From assembly GCA_001661245.1 (NCBI GenBank), contig KV454014.1, forward strand, positions 512,954 through 576,953: DNA of 64,000 bases. Reading direction: 5' to 3'. Made by a program: the position numbers and the translations under genes. The stretch is from Pachysolen tannophilus NRRL Y-2460. Its lineage: Eukaryota. Positions 47,786 to 59,395 of the stretch are shown here, in pieces. The notes below the pieces were generated by a model. That model saw only the letters and a list, made by a program, of their open reading frames with translations. It made no database searches and was not told the origin of the DNA. How positions within the stretch are numbered: the stretch's first letter is position 1; the number at the start of each line of letters is the position of its first letter.

Positions 47786-50464
47786 TCAATCATAATCAGC
47801 TTTTGTATTTTTTCTTCTAAAAATCCTCTCCACAATTGTAGCTTGGTTATCAATATTAGCACTACCATACTCTGATAAATTCCCATTACTATGTTTATAA
47901 TAATAACAAATCATACTGACATAGTCTCCATTAAAACCAATCCAGGGACCATCCATTGTATCTATTAAATATGGATAGACATATTGTTGATGAGATTCCC
48001 GTTCTTCTTCAATAGTACTTCTTCTTTTTTTTAGAGAGGTCATAGATGAATGAGGAATGACAGCACCTAAATCTTCATTACTAGACAATGGAGAACATTC
48101 CGCAGAATCAGGAACAACAGCATTATCAATGGTAGAATCAAAATTATCAGCTTCGTCAAAGGTATAATCTTGAGCCAAAAAATTATTATTGTGGCTGTTA
48201 CCACTATTTCCAATATTATTTCCGATATCATTGTCATCATATCCAGATTCCTCAATAGATTGTAGAGCAATATAGTTCAATAACGGTGAATAATGTTTTT
48301 CAAAAAAAAAGGCAAGTGCAATTGTTAAGAAAAATAAAGGTACTATTGGTGCCGCCAATATATAAGCTTCTTCTAATAATAGAGTACCGAACATTGTAAT
48401 TTGTAACAAAATCAAACCAAGGCAAATTCTTCTCACTATAATCGGCCATGATTTACCTGTCGAATGTCTCAAGTGAATCATAGAATATATCAATTGGTAT
48501 TTATATGTGTAAAATCCCAGGACAAAATATATTAATCCCGATACAACAATTTTTGTTGAAATCACCGAATAAATCAATGTTATAATGAAAATCAATATAT
48601 GTTGGGGTAAGATCAAGCCAAAATCAAATATAGATGGTTTATAAATTAAATCTCTGTACTCTCTTGGAGTTTGATGTTTTCTTCTAATTAGGTACTTCCA
48701 AGTAATTAAAAATAATTCATCAATTTGTAATAATTTAAAGGGGAACATTGTTAATCCCTGCAAAAGAATCAAATCCACATAAAACAATGACAACGTTTTA
48801 ATTGAACTTGCCAATAGATACGCAATTTTTGTAGTATCACTTAATAACGCCCAATAATTTGACCAGGTACCAAACAATGTGAAAACAAGAAATAAGTTGA
48901 AAAAAATATATAAGAAATTTTTCCTTATCACTGATAATTCAATATCACCTTTTGAAATAATACCTTGTAACTCTGTTAAATATGAAATGACATATGGTAA
49001 TGCCACATTAATCAAAGTGAACAAATAAGTTGGCAAAAAACCGTTAATAATTGTACTGAACCATTTGTTGGCTATAAGGTAGTCACCAAATTCTGGCCAC
49101 AACTTTCTTATTGTCTTGACGTTCAATAATTTTGCGATATATGAAAGTGGAATAATTAATAATGCGGATGTGATGAATATCAAGATTTGAATAAAATTTC
49201 TTCTAAAAATTTTAGCCTTTGGTGATAGAGTAAAATTTTCCCAGTTAATATCCTGAGGTGATGGAGCAAGAACAGTTATTAGCTCCATTACGTTTGGGGA
49301 AAAAATTGCCTGTGCACACATTTGCGCTGTAGAAACACTATCCATTGTTACAAATGCCGAATTAAGGGATTTGAAATCGTTATTTGATCTTAATTCATTT
49401 ATGCTATCATCTATTTTCATTAATTTTTCAGCAAGATAAGTTAATATATCTATTTTATCTCCAAATAAACTTAGTTTCTTGAATGGTCTATTTTTTTCAA
49501 TCAATTGATTATCATTAGTATATGATGTTAATGATGGTAACAATGATGTATTTTCAGTCTCATTATATCTCAGTTCATAAGGTAAAGTCAGTATATCAAC
49601 AGAACTTGGAAATTTTTTCAACATTGCCGATGGAACAACATTTTTTTCAAAAATTTTAACGTTTAAACCATAAAATCTTGAATATGTAGATTCTAGCTGA
49701 TTTATTATTAATTTTCTTTCTTCAAATAATTCTTTTAAACTTGAATAATCATGAACCATATGAACTTTTCCAACTTTTCCAGCCACTAATCGTTCTATAT
49801 GTTCTTTCAATGCCTCTTCATCATTTAAATGTGGTGGAATATGTGAAACTTTTATTGTTCTATCAGTTATGGAATTTTGAGACCCAAGATATTTCTGCCT
49901 TGTAGTTATCACAAATGATGTTTGTTGGTTAACAAAATAACAAACAAGAAGTGTAAAAGTGATTGTGAAAAAAGGATATACCCATAAATAATGTTCATTT
50001 GAGTCCCTATTAGGATCCTGGTCTCCATCTCCATCATCCACGATGAATGATGAAATTATCATTTTTGACCAAGAAATATTATCTTTATCATACTCTCCAG
50101 TATAATAAAACCTTAATGGACTTATAATAAACATTGCAAATAAACCACAAGTTGTTAAAATCTTAATACATAATTTGAAAAAATTTAAAAATACAAAAGC
50201 ATCAAGCCCTGCTTTTTCTAATATTTCATCATCTGTAATATTATTCAAAACCCTAATCCATCCAAAATAATTGTCTGGTAATGGTTTAATCGAATCTCTT
50301 TTCCTAAATGACCTTATTGCATAAATTTGTGGTATCTTATAACGTAATATACAAAAACAGAAAAATATCAATATCCCAGTCACAGTACAAATCACCACCT
50401 GAACTTGGAAAACCCTTTGAGTCTGAGCTCTTGGATCAAAACCTGGGATCGGATCGTCATCCAT
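47786..50464 (-). CDS. CSC1: OSCA/TMEM63 calcium-permeable stress-gated channel, Csc1-like
   Basis: AGLDAFVFL, LGSQNSITDRTI, AFVTMDSV, APSPQDINWEN and FDFGLILPQ. Confidence 0.85.
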   Translation of the reverse strand: MDDDPIPGFDPRAQTQRVFQVQVVICTVTGILIFFCFCILRYKIPQIYAIRSFRKRDSIKPLPDNYFGWIRVLNNITDDEILEKAGLDAFVFLNFFKLCIKILTTCGLFAMFIISPLRFYYTGEYDKDNISWSKMIISSFIVDDGDGDQDPNRDSNEHYLWVYPFFTITFTLLVCYFVNQQTSFVITTRQKYLGSQNSITDRTIKVSHIPPHLNDEEALKEHIERLVAGKVGKVHMVHDYSSLKELFEERKLIINQLESTYSRFYGLNVKIFEKNVVPSAMLKKFPSSVDILTLPYELRYNETENTSLLPSLTSYTNDNQLIEKNRPFKKLSLFGDKIDILTYLAEKLMKIDDSINELRSNNDFKSLNSAFVTMDSVSTAQMCAQAIFSPNVMELITVLAPSPQDINWENFTLSPKAKIFRRNFIQILIFITSALLIIPLSYIAKLLNVKTIRKLWPEFGDYLIANKWFSTIINGFLPTYLFTLINVALPYVISYLTELQGIISKGDIELSVIRKNFLYIFFNLFLVFTLFGTWSNYWALLSDTTKIAYLLASSIKTLSLFYVDLILLQGLTMFPFKLLQIDELFLITWKYLIRRKHQTPREYRDLIYKPSIFDFGLILPQHILIFIITLIYSVISTKIVVSGLIYFVLGFYTYKYQLIYSMIHLRHSTGKSWPIIVRRICLGLILLQITMFGTLLLEEAYILAAPIVPLFFLTIALAFFFEKHYSPLLNYIALQSIEESGYDDNDIGNNIGNSGNSHNNNFLAQDYTFDEADNFDSTIDNAVVPDSAECSPLSSNEDLGAVIPHSSMTSLKKRRSTIEEERESHQQYVYPYLIDTMDGPWIGFNGDYVSMICYYYKHSNGNLSEYGSANIDNQATIVERIFRRKNTKADYD

Positions 50465-50805
50465 TATCTAGTTGGCTGTGAAACTAAATCCTGTTTTCCT
50501 CTTTCCCTCTCTATCTTAATATTTCCCAATAACAAATACAACCTTATTATTACTTTAATCAATTTCACTACTCTAAACACCTCAATCCAACGACAGAAAA
50601 AACCAACTTATCCATCTAAACTTTCAAAAATAACTAACTATATTTAAATAAAGACCTCAATATTAATACTTAACTATCTATATATTATGTTTTAAAACAT
50701 AACTTTACTAAACAAAAATACAGGTCGTGTCTCCAAATAACACATTTCCAAAAAAGGAAATGTTTTTTGATTTTTCACTTTTTGGCGCGTCTTTTGGTGA
50801 AAAGT

Positions 50806-50865
50806 TTGAGTTGAGTTGAGTTGAACAGTTTGAATTGAGTTGAATTTGAGTTGAGTTGAGTTGAT
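50806..50865 (+). repeat. (TTGAG/TTGAA)n pentamer repeat just upstream of the Nudix gene
   Basis: ttgagttgagttgagttgaacagtttgaattgagttgaatttgagttgagttgagttga. Confidence 0.8.
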
Positions 50866-50881
50866 TTTGAGTAGAGTAGAG

Positions 50882-51385
50882 ATGACTATAGAGGATCGCT
50901 TGCAGTATACCATATGCTTTGTGCATTATGGTGATCGGGTATTACTACTTAACAGGCAGAAGGCACCGTGGATGGGTCGTTGGAACGGTGTAGGAGGGAA
51001 GCTTGAACTGCATGAAACGAGTTACGAATGTATACTAAGAGAAGTTGAAGAAGAAACTGGGTTGTATTTACCTGGAAAGGATAGAATTAAAGCTCGTGGT
51101 GTTATGAAATGGTTTAGAGATGGAGAATCTCTAGGTGGGATGTATCTTTTCACTGCTGAATTGAAGAAAGAGGAGTACGAGATTTATCAGACTCCAAGAA
51201 ATTCAGATGCTGGTGAAGGTATATTAGATTGGAAAGATAAAGATTGGATATTTCATGAACAAAATTCAGGAGTTGTTGATAATATTAAAATCTTATTAAC
51301 TAAAATATTTGATTCTAATGAATTTGCAATTTTTGATACAACTTATCACGAAAATGAATTAATTAGTGTTATTAAGAAAAATTAA
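50882..51385 (+). CDS. Nudix hydrolase, MutT/MTH1-like 8-oxo-dGTPase family
   Basis: Nudix box WNGVGGKLE...E...ECILREVEEETG. Confidence 0.9.
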   Translation: MTIEDRLQYTICFVHYGDRVLLLNRQKAPWMGRWNGVGGKLELHETSYECILREVEEETGLYLPGKDRIKARGVMKWFRDGESLGGMYLFTAELKKEEYEIYQTPRNSDAGEGILDWKDKDWIFHEQNSGVVDNIKILLTKIFDSNEFAIFDTTYHENELISVIKKN

Positions 51386-51413
51386 ATTATATATATAGTT
51401 TCCATATATTTAT

Positions 51414-53201
51414 TTACTTGCTGGGTTGTTCAGTTGTTACAGTTGACTTTAATCGTTGAACCTTAGTAACGTATATCATAACAAATGGCATAATCGAATT
51501 GAAAACAACAATCCATGCAATTAATATACCAATGTTTCTTCCAAATTGTCCTTTATAACTATTATTGAAAACAACTTTAGCCAGTTCATAAGAATTATGG
51601 ATTGGGAAAGCATACCCATATCTATAAAAATTTGGACATAATACTATTGGTGAAAATGTTGGAGCTATATTTAAAACCATGAAAAAAACTAACCATAACC
51701 CAATTGCAGGTGGTAAAAATGCAAAACATAACAATGCAACAACTTCGTTAACACTCCCCAAAGATGACATTGTCAAATAACTTACACACCATAATACTAA
51801 GAAACCAGATCTTCCAAAAGCACTGGCATAATCCAAATTAAAAGCACAATTCAAAACAACATATGATAAAGATAGAATAACATAAGCAAATTGTGATGCT
51901 AATATACGATATATTATATATTTTCTACCTTGAACTTTCTCTGCAATAAAACTGTGAATCCTTAAAGATAACAAGAATTGGAAAAAAGCGAAAACAACTA
52001 AATAAACTAAACCTAATTGTAATGGAGCAAAAATAACTGTATTTTTGATAGGTAAATTATCAACAACTTTAAAAGTTGGTGGATCTGTTATTAAATTTGT
52101 AAGATTATTCGATATTAAATCTTCCACTTGGGATTCATTTAAATAATTTTCAATCAAAGGTTTGTAAAGCGAAGATGGAGCAACTTGTAAAAAAGCATTT
52201 TCAAAAATAACAGTAAAAGATGATACATAAGAACTAATGGCCATTGGATCTCTACCTGATTCATAAACAACTTCTATCAAAGTCTCTGAAGATGAAAATG
52301 AATTGTTTAAATTCACTATTGCTTCATATAATCTATTAGTTGAATTTTCTTTTACATAAATAGCCAGCCAATATAGTTGATGATGAATTTGTCTATAAAC
52401 CTCTTGTTCTATAGTGTTATCATGTTTTGATGCAATCTCGCTAAATTCTGTAGAGTTGAATACTTTCCAATCTCCATAATATTTCACAGCTGCTAATTCG
52501 GCTGTCTCTTCAACCGCCATCCCAACAAGAGGTTCTACTCCATTAACTTCTTGATCATCGATAACAACTAACATTTTCATATTTTTATATCTCGTATTCC
52601 TTCCATAATAAGATCCCCAATAAATGGACAATGCCATTGCAAAAACAACACATAATAAGACATAATTTTTCAAAAAAGCTAAGAAGACTTGCAATCTTTC
52701 ATTTCTGAATTCATCATCGAAAAAGCCTAATTTCTGAATAGCTGTGTATGTAGCCGTACGTTTAATGGTATTCACCACGGAGCTTCTACTTCTTTTCAAA
52801 TAACTAGGCTGTCGCTGTAAATTGGACTCTTGTTCTGCAATTCCATCAATTGTTTCCCCTCTTGTTCTATTCAGTAAAGATACCGATAGATGTCTATTCC
52901 CCATTAAATCAGCATCAATATTGGAATTGAAATAACTATCAACCGAGCTCAGCAAGGAAGCTAAATCACTACCGTCATAATCACTTTCATCCAAAGGAAA
53001 GGGTTCTGGTTCCAATTGTTTTCTTCGACGTTCTTCATTTTCAGCTTCATTATCAGCTGCATTATCTGTTTCAGCCCTATAAACAACTGGTGCTTCCAGT
53101 ATAGATGATAAAGTAGAAACAGAATCGTTTGACAGTGACTCGGCCCTATCAGGGACTATAGAAGAGCTTTCATTATTGCCGCTGCTATGGAAATCTGACA
53201 T
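51414..53201 (-). CDS. Sng1/YJR015W family (DUF3533) membrane protein
   Basis: SIYWGSYY, RQIHHQLYW, YESGRD, AFGRSGF and CPNFYRYGYAFPIHN. Confidence 0.88.
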   Translation of the reverse strand: MSDFHSSGNNESSSIVPDRAESLSNDSVSTLSSILEAPVVYRAETDNAADNEAENEERRRKQLEPEPFPLDESDYDGSDLASLLSSVDSYFNSNIDADLMGNRHLSVSLLNRTRGETIDGIAEQESNLQRQPSYLKRSRSSVVNTIKRTATYTAIQKLGFFDDEFRNERLQVFLAFLKNYVLLCVVFAMALSIYWGSYYGRNTRYKNMKMLVVIDDQEVNGVEPLVGMAVEETAELAAVKYYGDWKVFNSTEFSEIASKHDNTIEQEVYRQIHHQLYWLAIYVKENSTNRLYEAIVNLNNSFSSSETLIEVVYESGRDPMAISSYVSSFTVIFENAFLQVAPSSLYKPLIENYLNESQVEDLISNNLTNLITDPPTFKVVDNLPIKNTVIFAPLQLGLVYLVVFAFFQFLLSLRIHSFIAEKVQGRKYIIYRILASQFAYVILSLSYVVLNCAFNLDYASAFGRSGFLVLWCVSYLTMSSLGSVNEVVALLCFAFLPPAIGLWLVFFMVLNIAPTFSPIVLCPNFYRYGYAFPIHNSYELAKVVFNNSYKGQFGRNIGILIAWIVVFNSIMPFVMIYVTKVQRLKSTVTTEQPSK

Positions 53202-53374
53202 CAGTTCTCTCTATATTATCCAAAATTTTGAAATTAAATTAGAACAGTATTAATTATTGTCTTATATGCCGATGTAATAAAAATGAAAATTTAAAGTATA
53301 TACATCCTAGATAAAACATTATACCGGAAATACTCATACTCATCAAGAATTAAAAACCAAGACTACATGCCTTC

Positions 53375-55198
53375 ATGAGCCGTCGGAAGTTAACCTTAGA
53401 GAGTGAAACAAGTGCTGTTGATCCGTTGGATAAAAAACATTTGCAAAACAGCAATAACTTGAAGAATGTCATCGATCATAATATTCATACGAAAGATAAT
53501 GACCGAATAGAAGAAGTTGATTCTTACAGAAATGAATCTAACAAAGCAAATGGTGATGGCCAAGATCTATTCAATTCTAACTTTAAATTCAATTCATTTG
53601 ATTCTTCAGAAAGTCATTCTGAAGAGTTGAAAGGTAAAGCTTTTAGTCCTGATGAAGATAATGGGACCGAATCATGGCATTTTTCAGACAGTAAGAAAAA
53701 AGACACAAAAGAAGAACCATCATATTCCAAGTCACGTATGAGCAGTCCTGTTGAATCTTCACCAGAAAGAGATCACGATAATGAGGCAGAAGCAAGAAGA
53801 AATGGATCCCGAAAGTCAAAATTCAAACTTTTTTCAAAAATTAAGGTAAAACAGAATTCTAAGTGGTTTGTTTATTTGATGTTTTTAAGGGTTTATGTCA
53901 CAATATTTATAGGGTTTGTCGGGATATTGTCAATATATTGGGGATCCTATTATGCGAGGACTACAAGATATAAAAATTTGAAGTTTTTAGTTGTAATTGA
54001 AGACGATACAGTAGTTGGAGATACTCAGCCGTACATTGGAAATAGTTTAATAGAACTTCTACAGACAGATGAGCTGAAATATTATGGTGATTGGAATATT
54101 TATAATTCAACGAGTTTTCAAGGAATGGCTCTGGAACATGAAAACACAATTGGTGAAGAAGTCTTAAGACAAGTTCACCACCAATTATATTGGGGTGCAA
54201 TTCATGTCAAACTGAACTCAACTTATTTATTATTTGAATCCATTCTCAATAACAGCACAATGCTGACTACAGATACTTATATTGATTGCTATTATGAAAC
54301 TGGAAGAGACATGTCTGCTGTATCACTTTACATTTTGCCTTTTTTACAAATAATTAGCAAACTATTTGTTGAAAACTCATCTCTTACAATTCTTAATAAT
54401 TTTTTTGCAGATAATTCTGGATCTTCCACAAGTGATCTGAAAACTTTGATTCTAAACGGAATAGATGCTTTAATGACAAAGCTTCCCTTTAATTTTATTG
54501 ATAATAGACCTGCATCCTCTTCAGTAATATTGGGTCCTTCAGAAATGGGGTTAGTCTATTGTTTAGTACTATCTTTCCATCAGTTTAATTTTAGTTCCAA
54601 AATTCATGCCGAATTGAACAAAAAATTAAAAGCAAAAAGCTTTTTAGTTTTTAGATTATTATCATCTCAAATCTCATTTTTCGTTCTATCCTTAGTTTAT
54701 TGTCTCATTACTATCGCATATAGAGTATCCATAAGCGAAGCTTTTGGAAAATCAGGATTTTTAGTATTATGGGCTTTTATATTTTTAACTATGTCTGCAT
54801 TGGGAGGAATAACAGAAAATGTTGCATTATTCATAGTTGCCAGAAATAGAGCTTATATTGGATTTTGGATCGTCTTTTTCATTGTTATCAATGTGTCTCC
54901 GACTTTTTCGATTATTGCATTATGTCCACATTTTTACAGATATGGATACGCCCTTCCGATTCATTCAGCAAAAGAAGCGTTGAATGTTATTTTTTTCAAC
55001 ACTTATAAAGACTGTTTAAGGAGAGATATAGGTGTCTTAGTAGGTTGGATAGTCTTAAGTAACATTCTGTTACCATTTTCACTCAGGGCGTGCTCAAAAC
55101 ATATGGCAAAGCAGGCAACGAAAGAAAAGAAGAAAGAGGCAGATGAAGAAATTCTGAAAGAAAAAGCAGAGAAAGTAGCAAAACAATCATCAACGTAA
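53375..55198 (+). CDS. Sng1/YJR015W family (DUF3533) membrane protein, divergently transcribed paralog
   Basis: SIYWGSYY, RQVHHQLYW, YETGRD, AFGKSGF and CPHFYRYGYALPIH. Confidence 0.88.
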   Translation: MSRRKLTLESETSAVDPLDKKHLQNSNNLKNVIDHNIHTKDNDRIEEVDSYRNESNKANGDGQDLFNSNFKFNSFDSSESHSEELKGKAFSPDEDNGTESWHFSDSKKKDTKEEPSYSKSRMSSPVESSPERDHDNEAEARRNGSRKSKFKLFSKIKVKQNSKWFVYLMFLRVYVTIFIGFVGILSIYWGSYYARTTRYKNLKFLVVIEDDTVVGDTQPYIGNSLIELLQTDELKYYGDWNIYNSTSFQGMALEHENTIGEEVLRQVHHQLYWGAIHVKLNSTYLLFESILNNSTMLTTDTYIDCYYETGRDMSAVSLYILPFLQIISKLFVENSSLTILNNFFADNSGSSTSDLKTLILNGIDALMTKLPFNFIDNRPASSSVILGPSEMGLVYCLVLSFHQFNFSSKIHAELNKKLKAKSFLVFRLLSSQISFFVLSLVYCLITIAYRVSISEAFGKSGFLVLWAFIFLTMSALGGITENVALFIVARNRAYIGFWIVFFIVINVSPTFSIIALCPHFYRYGYALPIHSAKEALNVIFFNTYKDCLRRDIGVLVGWIVLSNILLPFSLRACSKHMAKQATKEKKKEADEEILKEKAEKVAKQSST

Positions 55199-56066
55199 AT
55201 ATTTATTTAATTTTTCACATTTATTGTTTAAAATCACATTAAACAATCGGTCTATTTAATTTCTTTATGTGTATATCTCTACAAATATAAAATCTGTATA
55301 AAAATCAATCATCTGTTAAATTCTTGTTATATACAAAAAAATTTAAAATAAAAATAAAAATAAAAATTAGTAAAAACTACATTATAAATTCAAAGTCAAT
55401 AAATTAAAACACAAAAATGATTGAACTTTTTTTTTCTTTTTATTGCTTGCCTGAAATAATTTTCATGATATTTCTGAGCAAATAACTCCTTGAAAGTGAA
55501 AAAGATCGCTGAACCAAAATCCTTAAAAGTAATATAATATGAAAACACAAACTCAACTTAAACATATAAATGTATATTCTATTTTTCTTTTTTTTTTTTT
55601 TTTTCTCAACAAAGAGGTAATAATTAATTCCACGCCATGTCACAAATTATTTTGTTCTCCTACTTTAAACTATTTTTTTTGATATGAACTTCTCTTTTTT
55701 TGATTTTTTTTTTTAATCATAATTTTTTTAAAAAAAATATTACTCTCTTTTCATTCACAAACAAAATGAATAAACCTCACCTCCAAAATTTTAATGTCTT
55801 CCCATGATTTTAGTACGCATAAAAAAAAACTCTAAACCAAGAACCAGAGCTTAATGGCCTGATGATGAAACAATAAATTGAAATGAAACTGATAACGATA
55901 CTAATAACAGTAATAATAATAATAATAATAATAACCAAAATAATCTATAACGTCTTTTTTTTAATACACGCTCCGTAGCATGTCTCTACCCCCTAAAAAA
56001 ACAAAAAAGTAATGTCTCTCACATTAAATGAACCAAATCATACGCAATATTTATTCACCATTGACA

Positions 56067-58721
56067 CTAAATACCTTGATCATGTTTTAATAAATCCGTA
56101 TTAGTAGCAGTTGTAGTAGGAGTACCAGGTGTATTCAAGTGAAACAGCTGCGACAGGAGTAAATTACTAACACTATTATTCAAAGAGTTATTACTTCCTG
56201 TACTATCATTTGTGTTACTATTTGAAGGATAAATAGGGTTAGTAATAAACTGCTGTTGCTGCAAACTTAATCCATTCATCTGGCTTAGCAAATCATTCCC
56301 ATAAAATTGGTCTTGTTGGCGATTATTTGTTAATGTCTTATTGAATGAAGGTTGCTGTTGTTGTTGCTGTAACGTAGCGGTATTACTGCTTAATGGTAAC
56401 TGTTGTTGGGATGATTGTGAATAAAACTGTGGTTGGGTAGCACCAAAATTGCCACTCAGAAGTGGCTGTTGATAATTCAAAGCTGAAGATTGACTAAGTA
56501 ACAGCTGTTGTTGATGTGGAAGGATTTGATTGAACTGCTGCAGCTGATTTCCAAATTGTTGGCTTGGTGCTGTAACAGAAGAAGCGGATGGTTGAAACTG
56601 TTGCTGAGATTGCTGTTGAGAAATAAAACCAGTAAAATTATTATTTAAACCAGAATTGCCATAATATGTTTGACCACTACCAATACCGCCCTGATGATGC
56701 AGACCACTATTGCTATTATTGTTGTTATTGGTATTACTGTTATTCTGATGATGTGGAATATGGTGGTGATGATTATTAATGTTGCTATTACCATTGTTCC
56801 CAATAATAGTGGAACTAACTCTCGGAGCACCACATTTCAAGCAGCAAATATTTTTTGCAAAATTATGATAAGCGCAGTTTTCATTAATACATTTCCAATC
56901 ACCAGCTCTAAAAGGAACCGAATTAGCATTTCTGTTATTACCACCATTGCTACCGGAATTATGATTACCATTATTCAAATGATGGTTATGCTGATTACTA
57001 TTATAACCTTGTTGTAACCCAGTATTGATACCTCCACTTGAGTGATTCGTATTACCGCCCATGAAATGACCAACTTGAGCGCCACTATTAGCATTGGTAC
57101 CACTGTTGCTCGTATTAAAGTTGGAATGATGATGACCATTAGTACCATTATTAATACCACTACCAGTACCAATAGCAGAAGTTACGCTAGCATCATTAGG
57201 GTACATAGACTCCTGAATAGCAGCAGCAGAAGCAGCTGGAAATGAACAACGGAAACATGCAGTTCTTCTTTGGAAATTTGAAAATCCACAAGACGGACAA
57301 GTCCAATCACCAGGTCTTGGTCTATTCTTTGAAGATGGGAAAGGTGTCAAAATTTCCTGTGATCTATCCAATACTTTTACAGAAGAAGGTTGAACCTCAA
57401 CAACTTTTTCATTCAACAATCTACCATTCATAGCTAACGAATCAACTGCTTCCTCGTGAGTAGCAAAGATGGCAAACCCAGTAGCTGTAGGCTTAGGATT
57501 ATTATTATTGTTATTGTTATTGTTGATATTACTGGCATTAACGTTATTACCACCATTATTATTGTTATGGTTGTTGTTGTTGTTGTTGTTGTTGTTAGCA
57601 GTGGTGGCAGTGTTGGCAGTGTTGTTGTTACTGTTATTGTTGCCATTGTTATAGTTACTGCCATTTTCATTATTAGGCATTTTTAAGCTCCAAAAAGCTA
57701 TAGGACGGCCTCCAAATTGAGTAAACCAACTTTCTAATTCACTTTGAGTAGTGTCAATCGGTAAGTTTGACATATATAAAATTTTTGATTTTTCTGCAAA
57801 GAATTGTTTCAAATCCAAATGAGAATCGTGCGGCTTCTTGAAAATCGGTAAATTATAAGGAGCTTTTCTAATCAATGCTCTCATAATTCTTACCAAAAGC
57901 TCAACTTCTTCTGATGCTCTTCTTGGAGCATTAAGAATAAGCAGTTGTTGCTGTTGCTGCTGCTGTTGGGGTTGACTTTGAGTTTGAGTTTGAGTTTGAT
58001 TTGGCTGCAGTGGTAAAGAAACTGTAGAATCAGTTGAAATTGAAGTATTTGTAACAGGAGTAGTGGTAGCAGAAGTACCTGTTGCATCTCCGTTATTATT
58101 ACTATTAACATATTGATTTGTTGGCAGCTTAATAGTTGTTAAATCGATATCCAACTGTTGAACAACTTGGCTCAAAGAAATAGTATTCCCACCCCAGATA
58201 AAAGATGAAGAAGTAGAAGAAGATGATGACGATGATGATGATGATGCCGATGATGCACGCAAAAATTCAGGATGAACAAATTCTTGCCATCTAATAATTT
58301 CTTTTTTCAAATCAAAATATCTAGATAATTCCAAATAAGGAGGTAAACTTATTGATCTTTCTTTACATTTTTTCGGTAATTTCATTCTTAAATCCCAAGA
58401 ATTTAAAGTAACAAATGAAAATTCCAAATTTTTAGCAATAACTTCCTCTTTCAAAAAATCATCTAATTTATTTATTGCATCTTTTAAAGTTCCAGCATTT
58501 CTAACATGTTCCCATGTAAGCGCCGTTAGATTTGTACATAATGGAGTTATTGGTGCATTTATTGGCTTTATCAACACGAAATCATTACAACTTTCTTCTA
58601 ATGTCTTATAATCAACAAGCGCCCATGCCATTTCAATAATCTCTGAAGAATCATTATTTGAATATATACCATTTTCATCTGTTGTTGTGGAGATGTGTAA
58701 AACCACATAAACATCAGACAT
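56067..58721 (-). CDS. NRP1: Asparagine-rich RNA-binding protein with an exonuclease-like N-terminus, an RRM and two RanBP2 zinc fingers
   Basis: LYMSNLPIDTTQSELESWF, RPGDWTCPSCGFSNFQRRTACFRC and FRAGDWKC...HNFAKNICCLKC. Confidence 0.9.
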   Translation of the reverse strand: MSDVYVVLHISTTTDENGIYSNNDSSEIIEMAWALVDYKTLEESCNDFVLIKPINAPITPLCTNLTALTWEHVRNAGTLKDAINKLDDFLKEEVIAKNLEFSFVTLNSWDLRMKLPKKCKERSISLPPYLELSRYFDLKKEIIRWQEFVHPEFLRASSASSSSSSSSSSTSSSFIWGGNTISLSQVVQQLDIDLTTIKLPTNQYVNSNNNGDATGTSATTTPVTNTSISTDSTVSLPLQPNQTQTQTQSQPQQQQQQQQLLILNAPRRASEEVELLVRIMRALIRKAPYNLPIFKKPHDSHLDLKQFFAEKSKILYMSNLPIDTTQSELESWFTQFGGRPIAFWSLKMPNNENGSNYNNGNNNSNNNTANTATTANNNNNNNNNHNNNNGGNNVNASNINNNNNNNNNPKPTATGFAIFATHEEAVDSLAMNGRLLNEKVVEVQPSSVKVLDRSQEILTPFPSSKNRPRPGDWTCPSCGFSNFQRRTACFRCSFPAASAAAIQESMYPNDASVTSAIGTGSGINNGTNGHHHSNFNTSNSGTNANSGAQVGHFMGGNTNHSSGGINTGLQQGYNSNQHNHHLNNGNHNSGSNGGNNRNANSVPFRAGDWKCINENCAYHNFAKNICCLKCGAPRVSSTIIGNNGNSNINNHHHHIPHHQNNSNTNNNNNSNSGLHHQGGIGSGQTYYGNSGLNNNFTGFISQQQSQQQFQPSASSVTAPSQQFGNQLQQFNQILPHQQQLLLSQSSALNYQQPLLSGNFGATQPQFYSQSSQQQLPLSSNTATLQQQQQQPSFNKTLTNNRQQDQFYGNDLLSQMNGLSLQQQQFITNPIYPSNSNTNDSTGSNNSLNNSVSNLLLSQLFHLNTPGTPTTTATNTDLLKHDQGI

Positions 58722-59395
58722 ATTGGTTGTTTTGTTTGTCTTGAAAAATCGGTATAAAATGAAATCGAAAATCGAAATTTTTTTGAAAAAAATAAAATAA
58801 AAGAGAAAAAAAAAGAACTTTTTATATAATGATCAGCTTACTTTTGATACAACCAACTTGATGACTAGATGTGTAGATGCTTATGAAAATGACAAAAAAC
58901 AAAAAAGACCCAAAATAAAATGAAAAAACTCTTAACAAAAATTAAAATTAAAAAAAAAAAAAACAATAACAAAAAGAAAGAACTAAAAAAAAAAAAAAAA
59001 AAGGTTCAAAAAAAAAAAAAAAAAACTCAAATGAATGTAATTTTGGTTTTATAGGAGTCTATATCTACTAAAGATCAAATATCTTGATCGTAGAACCATA
59101 AAAGTATAATATGATACAATAACTTGTTTTTGGTGATTTATATTATAATATCTAAAGATTAGAGATACAATACACCACAAAAAAAAAAAAGAAAATTTTT
59201 TATTTTTTTCTTTTTCGTCGACAAAATTATGATGAAAAAAAATATTTCCTAAACAGGACATTTGTTGCTAAGTGCACTACAAATGTTTTTTTTCTTTCTT
59301 TTTCTTTAATAATAAATAGTACCTCAAAATCTTATCATTTCTTGTGGTTAATTTATCTTTTAAATATAAGAAGGAAAAATTGGTTTAGGAAGGAG

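Noticed and set aside
55861..55892. Box C/D-like ATGATGA...CTGA
   Set aside because: Too short (~30 nt) for a snoRNA and lies in repetitive 3' UTR sequence.
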